Assembly: GCA_963714095.1 (NCBI GenBank)
Contig: OY970230.1
Location: 334,114 to 386,739, forward strand
Source: Candidatus Gottesmanbacteria bacterium
GTDB taxonomy: Bacteria; Patescibacteriota; Microgenomatia; UBA10105; UBA927
Length of the DNA: 52,626 nt
Reading direction: 5' to 3'
Shown here piece after piece: positions 36,717 through 45,199 of the stretch (position 1 is its first letter; every line of letters begins with the position of its first letter). A model generated the notes under the pieces. That model searched no databases and had not been told where the DNA came from. It saw only the letters and a program-made list of their open reading frames with translations. The translations under genes and the position numbers were made by a program.

Positions 36717-37926
36717 GCTCGTATTGGAAAGCTTACAGACATTCTCGGTAAATAAACTCCGGACCGGACTTGCAATGCTGGGAATCGTGATCGGCATCGG
36801 CAGTGTCATTGCCTTGGTCTCCTTGGGTGAGGCAACCTCACAATCCATACAAAATCAGATACAGTCGCTAGGAGCTAATCTCCTGACGGTCCAGCCGTCC
36901 GCACAGCGCACGGGAGCAGTCCGCGGCGCAATCGGCGGGGGAACGACATTGACCCTTGATGATGCGATAGCAATCGAAACGTCTCCCCAGACAACCGATG
37001 TAATGAACGTTTCACCTGAATATTCCAAACGGGCACAGATTACCACGGGAAGCAATAACACAAATACTCAAGTGATCGGTGTAACACCGATCTATACGCA
37101 GGTACACAAAGTTACTATTGACTCAGGCGCCTTTATTACGCAACGGAACGTCGACTCCCTCTCGAAAGTCGCGGTCGTCGGACCGCAGGTGGTAACGGAT
37201 TTATTCGGTACCGGAGCAACGCCGCTCGGGCAAACCCTGCGCATCAGCGGGCAAACATTTACCATTATCGGTATCACGGCATCCAAAGGAGGATCGGGAT
37301 TCCAGAATCAGGATGATATCGTCCTTGTGCCGCTCACCACGGCGCAGCAACAGTTATTCGGCGTCGACTATTTAAGTTCCATCGCCCTCGAGGCAAAAAG
37401 TTCTGACGTTATGACTGCAGCAGAAAATGAAGTCGGGTACCTCCTTCTTCAACGGCATAAGTTTAATGATCCGACACAAGCTGATTTTTCCATATTTTCC
37501 CAGCAGGATATTTTAAATACGGCAACCTCCACGACCGGAACATTCACGTCACTTTTGTCGGGTATCGCGGCAATTTCCCTTCTGGTCGGCGGCATCGGTA
37601 TTATGAATATCATGCTCGTCACTGTCACGGAACGCACGCGGGAAATCGGTCTTCGTAAAGCCTTGGGTGCAAAGAAAAAAACCATAACAACACAATTCTT
37701 AGCTGAATCAATTATGTTGACGTTCACCGGAGGCATAATCGGAATTTTACTTGGGATTCTCGCGTCTTATATCATTTCCGTCGTTGCTGGATCACTCTTT
37801 GTCATATCGCCGTCTGCCATACTTCTGGCTTTTGTCGTTTCCGCCGCAATTGGAATACTCTTTGGCTGGTATCCGGCCAAAAAGGCGTCTGATCTGCAGC
37901 CTATTGAAGCACTGCGGTACGAATAA
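36703..37926 (+). CDS. MacB/FtsX-like ABC permease with extracytoplasmic domain
   Basis: 407 aa. N-terminal TM helix, large loop (MacB_PCD-like), and the C-terminal FtsX 3-TM block with ERTREIGLRKALGA. Confidence 0.9.
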   Translation: MEPIELVLESLQTFSVNKLRTGLAMLGIVIGIGSVIALVSLGEATSQSIQNQIQSLGANLLTVQPSAQRTGAVRGAIGGGTTLTLDDAIAIETSPQTTDVMNVSPEYSKRAQITTGSNNTNTQVIGVTPIYTQVHKVTIDSGAFITQRNVDSLSKVAVVGPQVVTDLFGTGATPLGQTLRISGQTFTIIGITASKGGSGFQNQDDIVLVPLTTAQQQLFGVDYLSSIALEAKSSDVMTAAENEVGYLLLQRHKFNDPTQADFSIFSQQDILNTATSTTGTFTSLLSGIAAISLLVGGIGIMNIMLVTVTERTREIGLRKALGAKKKTITTQFLAESIMLTFTGGIIGILLGILASYIISVVAGSLFVISPSAILLAFVVSAAIGILFGWYPAKKASDLQPIEALRYE

Positions 37927-37927
37927 A

Positions 37928-37961
37928 TACTCAGGAATTCCTCAGAATATTCCCGTATACT
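37928..37961 (+). promoter_or_regulatory. promoter with 7-4-7 direct repeats (TACTCAG-gaat-TCCTCAG), 10 nt, then TATACT
   Basis: CTCAG cores at 37930 and 37941 (11-bp phasing). The -10 TATACT is at 37956..37961. SD GGAGG precedes the ATG at 37983. Confidence 0.45.
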
Positions 37962-37982
37962 ACGGTAATTGAATGGAGGTGA

Positions 37983-38435
37983 ATGAAGTTTATGAAAAAT
38001 AATATTGCGTTAATAGCTATTCTTGCAGTAATAGTTGGCGGCGCCGCAGGATTCTTCGGCGGTGTGCAATACCAGAAGAGTCAACGTCCGTCGTTCGGAC
38101 AATTTGCAGGTGCAGGAGGTGGATTTGGTACACGGGGAGGAAGCGGTGCAACCGGAGCACGAAGAGGCGGAAACGGAGCAGCCGGAACAATTCTCAGTGT
38201 CGATGCCAATTCAATGACCGTAAAACTCAATGACGGCAGTTCAAAAATCGTTGTGCTGACAGGAACGACATCCATTAATAAAGCGGCGGCGGCAGCGGTG
38301 AGTGATCTCTCTGTTGGTGAAACTGTTTCTGCATTTGGTACGACTAATTCCGATGGCAGCATTACGGCAACTAATATACAGATTAATCCCATGATGCGGG
38401 GTCCGGGTGGTCCAAGCGCGACACCTACTCCTTAA
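37983..38435 (+). CDS. Gly-rich secreted/anchored protein, DUF5666-like
   Basis: 150 aa. Signal anchor, Gly-rich linker, and the beta-rich module SMTVKLNDGSSKIVVLTGTTSI...VGETVSAFGTTNSDGSITATNIQI. Confidence 0.65.
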   Translation: MKFMKNNIALIAILAVIVGGAAGFFGGVQYQKSQRPSFGQFAGAGGGFGTRGGSGATGARRGGNGAAGTILSVDANSMTVKLNDGSSKIVVLTGTTSINKAAAAAVSDLSVGETVSAFGTTNSDGSITATNIQINPMMRGPGGPSATPTP

Positions 38436-38449
38436 GCATGTTCTCAGAC

Positions 38450-38467
38450 AGAAAGCGTACGCTTTCT
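38450..38467 (+). terminator. perfect 18-nt palindrome downstream of the 37983 gene (possible terminator stem)
   Basis: AGAAAGCGTACGCTTTCT. The downstream T-tract is weak (cttttagg). Confidence 0.3.
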
Positions 38468-38520
38468 AGACATTCATAAACTTTTAGGTAGCTGGAAAGG
38501 ACACTTGAAAAGCCTATGAG

Positions 38521-38580
38521 TTGGTTGACAGTTAGATGTTTCAACCAAAGATGGCCCCGCCGAGATGGCGGGGTTGTCGT
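38521..38580. terminator. two hairpins in the convergent intergenic region (possible bidirectional terminator)
   Basis: TTGGTTGA-12 nt-TCAACCAA (38521..38548) and CCCCGCC-gagat-GGCGGGG (38555..38573), followed by ttgtcgtattt on the plus strand. Confidence 0.4.
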
Positions 38581-38582
38581 AT

Positions 38583-39272
38583 TTACTGAGCTGTCATTTT
38601 TTTAAACCACTCATGCGCAACAAGTGAGGGTGCGCCGGTTTCGATGGCTTGAAGAATTAATTTTGCAATGTGCTCCGGCGGGTCGGGCGGCGGAAGATTG
38701 CCTCCTCCACCCCAATCAACGGAAATTTCTTTTCCTTTGATCGTATTTTTTTCGAAATTTGTATCCGTGCTATACGGGAAAATGACGGAAACGCTGATAT
38801 GATCTTTTTTTAATTCTTCATTGGCGGTGAGCGATAATCCTGCAAGTGCCCTCTTTAGCGATGAATAGCCGCCCATATTCGGCAAAGCCATAAGAGCCGT
38901 ACCGCTACTGATATTTACGATCGCCCCCCCGCCCTGTTTCCGCATAAAAGGAATAACCTGCTGCATCGCCAGAAGCGGGCCGACGACATCCAGCGTAAAA
39001 ATTTCCTGTAATGTTTTAATGTCCGTATACTCTATAGCTGCATCGTATCCTTGGCCGGCATTATTCACTAAAATATCAATCCGACCGTAATGCTCTATTG
39101 TATATTTCACCATTTTTTCTATATCCCGGGGTTTAGTCATGTCAGCAACAACAGAACCATGACGTGATACGCCTACGACAATTGCTCCTTTTATTGTGAG
39201 TAAACTCGCTGTTGCTTTTCCGATACCAGACGAAGCTCCTGTGACGATCGCTACTTTCCCTTTACAATTCAT
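38583..39272 (-). CDS. short-chain dehydrogenase/reductase (SDR) family oxidoreductase
   Basis: 229 aa. VAIVTGASSGIGKA cofactor motif, NNAG, and a Y..SK catalytic motif (YSSLK). Confidence 0.9.
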   Translation of the reverse strand: MNCKGKVAIVTGASSGIGKATASLLTIKGAIVVGVSRHGSVVADMTKPRDIEKMVKYTIEHYGRIDILVNNAGQGYDAAIEYTDIKTLQEIFTLDVVGPLLAMQQVIPFMRKQGGGAIVNISSGTALMALPNMGGYSSLKRALAGLSLTANEELKKDHISVSVIFPYSTDTNFEKNTIKGKEISVDWGGGGNLPPPDPPEHIAKLILQAIETGAPSLVAHEWFKKMTAQ

Positions 39273-39714
39273 ATTGTTTTATATCCCGTATAATTTCCCC
39301 CGCATGAATTGTCGGATTTACGTTGTTATACACTTTTTTGATATCACCATCGGGATTAATGACATAGGTTTTTCGCAATGTCCCCTCAAACTGCTTTCCT
39401 AAGAACTTTTTTACTCCGCACGCATCATACTCTTGAATCGTTTTCTTCGATGCATCGCTGAGTATCGGAAAATTCAGGTGATATTTTTCGGCAAACTTTT
39501 TATGAGAGGCAACGGAATCTTTTGAAATACCCAGTATGATGACACCGAGAGTCTGAAGCTCGTGGAATGAATCGCGAAACTTGCATGCCTCTATCGTACA
39601 CCCCGGTGTGTCATCTTTAGGATAAAAATACAGGACGACCCAACTCCCCCGGTACTGTTTGAGCGTATGCATGGCATTATTTTGATCCGGCAATGTAAAA
39701 TCTTCCGCTTTCAT
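39262..39714 (-). CDS. bcp: peroxiredoxin Bcp (thiol peroxidase, AhpC/TSA family)
   Basis: Start at MKAEDFTLPDQ (ATG 39714). Contains VVLYFYPKDDTPGCTIEAC (CxxxxC). Confidence 0.9.
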   Translation of the reverse strand: MKAEDFTLPDQNNAMHTLKQYRGSWVVLYFYPKDDTPGCTIEACKFRDSFHELQTLGVIILGISKDSVASHKKFAEKYHLNFPILSDASKKTIQEYDACGVKKFLGKQFEGTLRKTYVINPDGDIKKVYNNVNPTIHAGEIIRDIKQYEL

Positions 39715-39758
39715 AGATGATATACTGGTATTATACAGCACGTGTACAGGAGGAATTT

Positions 39759-39792
39759 TTCTCAGCAAATATTCAGCAAAAATAGATAAAGT
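39759..39792 (+). promoter_or_regulatory. promoter with 7-4-7 direct repeats (TTCTCAG-caaa-TATTCAG), 10 nt, then TAAAGT
   Basis: Repeats at 39759..39765 and 39770..39776. The -10-like TAAAGT at 39787..39792 lies 9 nt before the ATG at 39802. Confidence 0.4.
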
Positions 39793-39801
39793 AGCTTCAA
39801 C

Positions 39802-40245
39802 ATGAAGAAATTCTTACTTTCCGCTTTTGTGGTCATTACATTCGCGGGATATGCCCTCCAACAGCGCTTTGGAAGTGAAGGAGTACCGGTCGGAACAAAT
39901 TCTATCACCCTTGTAGATACTCCGACACCGGCAACCGCACAGGGGTCCTCAACTCCGACAGGAAACTATCGCGACGGCCAATATACCGGTACTGTTGTAG
40001 ATGCGTATTACGGAAACGTGCAGGTAAAAGCAATAATAACAGGCGGGAAAATATCCGACGTACAATTTTTGCAGTATCCCAGTGACCGACAAACGTCACG
40101 GATGATTAATTCCCAAGCTATGCCGTACCTCACTCAGGAAGCCATACAGACACAGAGCGCAAATGTGAACGGAGTTTCAGGCGCCACGGCAACAAGCCGT
40201 GCATTTATCCAGTCCCTCACGGCCGCGTTAACCCAGGCAAAGTGA
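39802..40245 (+). CDS. FMN-binding domain protein (NqrC/RnfG-like, flavinylation substrate) with signal anchor
   Basis: 147 aa. N-terminal MKKFLLSAFVVITFAGYAL. FMN_bind domain with the flavinylation motif NGVSGATATS. Confidence 0.85.
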   Translation: MKKFLLSAFVVITFAGYALQQRFGSEGVPVGTNSITLVDTPTPATAQGSSTPTGNYRDGQYTGTVVDAYYGNVQVKAIITGGKISDVQFLQYPSDRQTSRMINSQAMPYLTQEAIQTQSANVNGVSGATATSRAFIQSLTAALTQAK

Positions 40246-40248
40246 TAT

Positions 40249-40983
40249 ATGAGACAGACGCAGCTCATCATGGACATGCCGGTCATCGTAGAAATTCCAG
40301 GACCGTCGAAACCGGAAATTTTCAAGGAGGTATTTGATTATTTCCGTTATGTCGATAACACGTTCAGCACATTTAAAGAAACAAGTGAAATAACAAAAAT
40401 AAATAACGGACTATTTGCTGCATCAAATTACAGCAATGATATGAAGGAAATTTTTCGCCTAGCGGAGCAAACAAAGAAAGAAACAGACGGATATTTTGAT
40501 ATACGGCGGGACAGCTACAGAGACCCCTCAGGTATCGTCAAAGGCTGGGCAATTCACCACGCCGCCTCTCTGCTTCGTACAGCCGGGTACAACAATTATT
40601 ATGTGGAGGCCGGCGGCGATATAGAGGTCGCAGGCAATAACCCTGACGGTGAAACGTGGACTATCGGTATCCGCAACCCGTTTAACGTGAATGAAATAGT
40701 AAAAAAAGTTACACTTCGTGACCGCGGCATTGCAACGAGCGGAACCTATGAACGAGGGAAACATATTTATAATCCGAAAACGAATACGCCGGTTTCGGAA
40801 ATTGTGAGCCTTACCGTCATCGGACCTGATGTATGCGAGGCAGACCGCTTTGCAACCGCCGCCTTCGCCATGGGAAGTAAAGGAATTCAGTTTATCGAAC
40901 GTCTCAATAAATTTGAAGGATATATGATAGATACAAAGGGGATCGCGACATTTACGGGCGGATTCCATACATATGTCGTATGA
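40249..40983 (+). CDS. apbE: FAD:protein FMN transferase (ApbE family), short form without signal peptide
   Basis: 244 aa. Contains DPSGIVKGWA, EAGGDI, WTIGIRNP, ATSGTYERG, HIYNP and EADRFATAAF. Confidence 0.85.
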   Translation: MRQTQLIMDMPVIVEIPGPSKPEIFKEVFDYFRYVDNTFSTFKETSEITKINNGLFAASNYSNDMKEIFRLAEQTKKETDGYFDIRRDSYRDPSGIVKGWAIHHAASLLRTAGYNNYYVEAGGDIEVAGNNPDGETWTIGIRNPFNVNEIVKKVTLRDRGIATSGTYERGKHIYNPKTNTPVSEIVSLTVIGPDVCEADRFATAAFAMGSKGIQFIERLNKFEGYMIDTKGIATFTGGFHTYVV

Positions 40984-42500
40984 AAAAAGCTCTCGATGAT
41001 TTTTTAAATTCTACCACAATGTACAGACTGCTTCTGTATTATCTTACCGTTCTTGTTCTTGTTGCGGCAGTATTTTCTCTGTTCGGGTTCCTATCATTTT
41101 CGTTTTTACCGTTCGTCATATCCGTTTTTTTCCTATTAGCCATATCATTACTTGTCAACGAAGTGTTTGCAAACGTTTTTGGTGCACAGACAAATGTGGA
41201 ATCCGTCTATATATCAGCACTTATTCTTGCCCTTATTATTTCCCCTGCAAAAAATCTTCAAGACCTCATATTTCTGGGCTGGGCAGCGACACTTACCAGT
41301 GCCTCAAAATATATTCTCGCCATAGGCAAACGACATATCTTTAACCCCGTCGCTATCGCAGCAGTTCTGACCGCTTTCGTATTAGGAGATTCGGCGACGT
41401 GGTGGGTAGGAACACTTCCGATGCTGCCGATTGTTCTGGCAGGCGGAGTATTACTCGTAAAAAAAATCCAGCGGACTGATGTATTTTTCAGTTTCCTGGG
41501 AACCACGATCATCATCATTATGGCATTCGCCATATACAACGGGACGTTTACGTTGTCGATATTCCGGCAAATATTCATCGATTCACCGATAATCTTTTTC
41601 GCCTGTGTCATGCTTACTGAACCTCTCACAACACCGCCGACTTCCCGCCTGAGGATCTGGTACGGCATACTTATCGGAATATTCTTTGCCCCACAAATCC
41701 ATATCGGCGCCCTTTACAGTACTCCGGAATTAGCACTCGTCATAGGAAACATATTCTCCTATATCGTCAGCCCGAAGGAAAAATTATTGTTGACACTGAA
41801 AGAAAAAATTCCCATCGGGCAAAACCAATATGATTACTTATTCACCGCTGACAAACGATTTTCATTTAGCCCGGGCCAATATATGGAATGGACACTTGCC
41901 CATCCGCATCCGGACGACCGCGGGGTCCGAAGGTATTTTACCCTTTCTTCCTCCCCCACCGAACCGGCGGTCCGCGTAGGAATCCGATTCAACAATCCTC
42001 CGAGCTCATTTAAAAAAACTTTGCTAGAAATGAACACGGGCAGTCAGATAATTGCTGGATACAGGAGCGGAGATTTTGTCCTGCCCCGTGATCCGGCACA
42101 AAAACTGGTGTTCATTGCCGGCGGCATCGGGATCACGCCTTTCCGGAGCATCATCAAATATCTTATCGATACCGGAGAGAGGCGAAATATTATACTTATC
42201 TACTCGAATAAAACGGCGCAGGAAATCTGTTACCGCGATGTATTTGATGAAGCTCAAAAACGGATCGGAACGAAAACGCTGTATACACTCACCGACCGAG
42301 AGCACGTTCCTGCCGGTTGGACCGGACACGTGGGCAGAATTGACGGGTCCGCCGTCGAATCAGAAATACCGGATTATGGAGAACGGCTTTTTTATATATC
42401 CGGTCCGAATTCATTGGTACAGGGATTCAAAAATACCCTTAAGAGCATGGGTGTACAGGAAGGCAGTATAAAAACCGACTTTTTCCCCGGATTCGCGTAA
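40980..42500 (+). CDS. fusion of an NqrB/RnfD-like polytopic membrane domain with a C-terminal FNR-type FAD/NAD(P)-binding reductase
   Basis: 506 aa. About 8 TM helices with KRHIFNPVAIAAV (the RnfD/NqrB FNPA-type motif). Then RRYFTLSS (RxYS/T FAD motif), GGIGITP and ISGP. ATGA overlap with apbE. Confidence 0.8.
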   Translation: MKKALDDFLNSTTMYRLLLYYLTVLVLVAAVFSLFGFLSFSFLPFVISVFFLLAISLLVNEVFANVFGAQTNVESVYISALILALIISPAKNLQDLIFLGWAATLTSASKYILAIGKRHIFNPVAIAAVLTAFVLGDSATWWVGTLPMLPIVLAGGVLLVKKIQRTDVFFSFLGTTIIIIMAFAIYNGTFTLSIFRQIFIDSPIIFFACVMLTEPLTTPPTSRLRIWYGILIGIFFAPQIHIGALYSTPELALVIGNIFSYIVSPKEKLLLTLKEKIPIGQNQYDYLFTADKRFSFSPGQYMEWTLAHPHPDDRGVRRYFTLSSSPTEPAVRVGIRFNNPPSSFKKTLLEMNTGSQIIAGYRSGDFVLPRDPAQKLVFIAGGIGITPFRSIIKYLIDTGERRNIILIYSNKTAQEICYRDVFDEAQKRIGTKTLYTLTDREHVPAGWTGHVGRIDGSAVESEIPDYGERLFYISGPNSLVQGFKNTLKSMGVQEGSIKTDFFPGFA

Positions 42501-42518
42501 GCGCATTAGGAGAGCGTA

Positions 42519-42552
42519 TTCTCAGGATATTCTCAGTCCATTCTGCTAGACT
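42519..42552 (+). promoter_or_regulatory. promoter with 7-4-7 direct repeats (TTCTCAG-gata-TTCTCAG), 10 nt, then TAGACT; leaderless response-regulator gene
   Basis: Repeats at 42519..42525 and 42530..42536. TAGACT at 42547..42552, then 6 nt to the ATG at 42559. Confidence 0.5.
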
Positions 42553-42558
42553 ACAGCT

Positions 42559-43239
42559 ATGCGTATATTAATCGTCGAAGACGAACATAAAATCGCAAAC
42601 TCCATTAAAAAAGGCCTGGAACAGGAATCCTACGCCGCCGACGTTTGCTATACCGGTACGGACGGATTTGACCTTGCCACTACCGAAGACTACGATGTTA
42701 TCGTTCTTGACCTGCTCCTCCCCGGTATGGACGGGGTCACCGTCTGTAAAAAACTCCGCGCGGATAAAATCCATACGCCAATTCTCATGCTCACGGCCAA
42801 AGGACAAACCGGCGATAAAGTTGAGGGGTTGGATGCGGGTGCAGACGATTATCTCACCAAGCCTTTTGCATTTGAAGAACTCTTAGCACGTATCCGGGCC
42901 CTCATGCGGCGACCACGAAACGCTACTGGAACGACTTTAAAAGTCGAGGATTTGACACTCGATACGTTAGTGTATGAAGTCAGACGCGCAGGCATAATCA
43001 TCCAACTCTCGAGCCGTGAATTTGCACTTTTGGAATATCTTATGAGACACCCGAACACGACGGTCACCAAAGACCAGATCATCGGCCATGTATGGAATTA
43101 CGATGCCGACATATTACCCAATACGGTTGAGGTGTATGTCGGATACCTGCGGAATAAAATTGACAAGCCATTCCATGGGAAACCCATGCTTATCCATACG
43201 ATCCGCGGATTCGGGTATAAAATAGGGAAAAAGGAGTGA
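42559..43239 (+). CDS. OmpR/PhoB-family response regulator
   Basis: 226 aa. Receiver domain (ILIVEDE, DVIVLDLLLPGMDG, LTAK) plus a winged-helix trans_reg_C domain (LSSREFALLEYLM, RGFGYK). Confidence 0.95.
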   Translation: MRILIVEDEHKIANSIKKGLEQESYAADVCYTGTDGFDLATTEDYDVIVLDLLLPGMDGVTVCKKLRADKIHTPILMLTAKGQTGDKVEGLDAGADDYLTKPFAFEELLARIRALMRRPRNATGTTLKVEDLTLDTLVYEVRRAGIIIQLSSREFALLEYLMRHPNTTVTKDQIIGHVWNYDADILPNTVEVYVGYLRNKIDKPFHGKPMLIHTIRGFGYKIGKKE

Positions 43240-43240
43240 T

Positions 43241-44278
43241 ATGTTTCATTCAGCTCGGATTAAATTAACGGCATGGTATCTGCTGATCATTATGACGATC
43301 AGCATTTCTTTTAGCGTCGCGATCTATCGTGTCCTCACATCCGAATTGGACAGGTTGGAGAGAGCGGAACAGTCGCGTGTTGCACGCCGTCTCCCTGAAT
43401 TCCAGATCAATCAGACGGCCCCGGGCGTACCAGATGTTATATTGGATCCGGATCTTCTTGCGGAAACGAAAAACCGCGTCGAAATTATTTTGATTTTTAT
43501 TAATCTCTTTATTCTCGGAGGATCTGCATTTGCCGGATATATGCTTGCGGGCAGAACTCTCAATCCTATCGCTGAGATGGTTGATGAACAAAACCGGTTT
43601 ATTACCGATGCATCCCATGAACTGCGCACACCGCTGACATCCCTTAAATCAGAAATCGAAGTAAACCTGCGGGATCCGAATTTATCACTGGAACAGACAA
43701 AAACCCTCCTCAAAAGCAATTTAGAAGAGGTTAACTCTCTCCAGGTATTATCCGACGGCCTCATCAGACTCACACAATATCAGCAGGGACACAACACATT
43801 ACCATTTACAACTGTTCAACTTGCCCCTATCGCGAAAGAGGCAATCCGTAAAGTAACGAACGCCGCCAAAGAAAAAAAGATCACGATCACCAATGATATA
43901 CACAGCAGTACCGTACAGGGAAATCAAACCGCTCTTACCGAACTGCTTGTTATCTTTCTGGATAACGCAATAAAATACAGCCCGAAACAAAAAACTGTTC
44001 ATATTATGAGCAAAAAAACCGACGGCCATATACTCATTGAAATTGCTGACCGCGGGTTTGGCATAGACGAAAAAGATATTCCGCATCTGTTTGACCGCTT
44101 TTACCGGGCAGACAAATCGAGAACGAAAACCGGTGTGGCGGGTTATGGATTAGGGCTTTCCATTGCAAAACAAATCGTTGATCAACATGACGGATCTATC
44201 CGTGTTCAGAGTCAGCTCAAAAAAGGTACAACGTTTACGATAGAACTACCTATCAAACACTCTGAAAATTTTGTATAA
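43241..44278 (+). CDS. sensor histidine kinase (2 TM helices, HisKA plus HATPase_c)
   Basis: 345 aa. H-box SHELRTPLTSL, N-box LDNAIKYS, and G-boxes DRGFGI and GYGLGLSIA. Confidence 0.9.
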   Translation: MFHSARIKLTAWYLLIIMTISISFSVAIYRVLTSELDRLERAEQSRVARRLPEFQINQTAPGVPDVILDPDLLAETKNRVEIILIFINLFILGGSAFAGYMLAGRTLNPIAEMVDEQNRFITDASHELRTPLTSLKSEIEVNLRDPNLSLEQTKTLLKSNLEEVNSLQVLSDGLIRLTQYQQGHNTLPFTTVQLAPIAKEAIRKVTNAAKEKKITITNDIHSSTVQGNQTALTELLVIFLDNAIKYSPKQKTVHIMSKKTDGHILIEIADRGFGIDEKDIPHLFDRFYRADKSRTKTGVAGYGLGLSIAKQIVDQHDGSIRVQSQLKKGTTFTIELPIKHSENFV

Positions 44279-44287
44279 TCATACAGA

Positions 44288-45199
44288 ATGAAAAAATCTA
44301 TATTTCGTAATAAGCTCCTCTATATCATCCCAATCGTCTATATTTTGGCGATAAGCGTCTACATGATATGGCACCGGGCATGGCTCTCACCTGATCAGTT
44401 TTTCGCATTCGCCATTATCGCGACGCTGGTCATCGGGAAAATTAAGCAATTTCTCCAGGATTGGGTTCCGGTACTGCTTCTACTTTTCAGTTATGAATAC
44501 CTGCGCGGCGTTATCCCGATGCTTGCCATGAAGCCGCATATTTTCCCGATGATTCACGCAGACACATTTTTGTTCGGCTATATACCGACAATCAAACTGC
44601 AAAGCGCACTCTTTCACTCCGGTGTCAATCATTGGTACGATTATGTTGCCGTCACGCTCTATATTTCCCATTTTGTCGTTCCCATGATGGTTGCGTTTCT
44701 CTTTTGGTTATTTGACCGAAAACATTTCAAATCCTTCACAACGGCATTTCTTATTCTTTCCTATCTTGCATTTTTTACCTACATCATTTTCCCTGCTATG
44801 CCGCCATGGATGGCAAGCAGTCAGGGATATCTGCCGCCGCTGGATAAAATTATGGATCAGGTGTTGGGTTCATTTGCCCATCCGATCAGTGTTCCGTCAA
44901 TTTATCAATTCTTCGGAGCTGATCTGGTCGCTGCCATGCCGTCACTTCATGCAGCGTATCCGTGGCTTATATTTCTTTTTGTCTTTAAAAAATTCCGTTA
45001 CTGGGCACTTCTCATTCTTCCCTATGTCTTCGGCGTGTGGTTTGCTGTTGTATACCTTGGAGAACACTACGCAATTGATGTTATATTTGGCATATTGTAT
45101 GCCAGTGTTGTATTTTTAGCCGTTTCGTATTTTGAAAAAAAACGGTCAAAGAAACTCGCTGTTACAGAACCAGTGTATGCCCAAAAAAATACGGAATAA
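44288..45199 (+). CDS. PAP2-superfamily membrane protein (AUR1/IPC-synthase-like PAP2_3)
   Basis: 303 aa, polytopic. Contains MPSLHAAYP and GEHYAIDVIFG. TATAAT lies 8 nt before the ATG. Confidence 0.8.
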   Translation: MKKSIFRNKLLYIIPIVYILAISVYMIWHRAWLSPDQFFAFAIIATLVIGKIKQFLQDWVPVLLLLFSYEYLRGVIPMLAMKPHIFPMIHADTFLFGYIPTIKLQSALFHSGVNHWYDYVAVTLYISHFVVPMMVAFLFWLFDRKHFKSFTTAFLILSYLAFFTYIIFPAMPPWMASSQGYLPPLDKIMDQVLGSFAHPISVPSIYQFFGADLVAAMPSLHAAYPWLIFLFVFKKFRYWALLILPYVFGVWFAVVYLGEHYAIDVIFGILYASVVFLAVSYFEKKRSKKLAVTEPVYAQKNTE

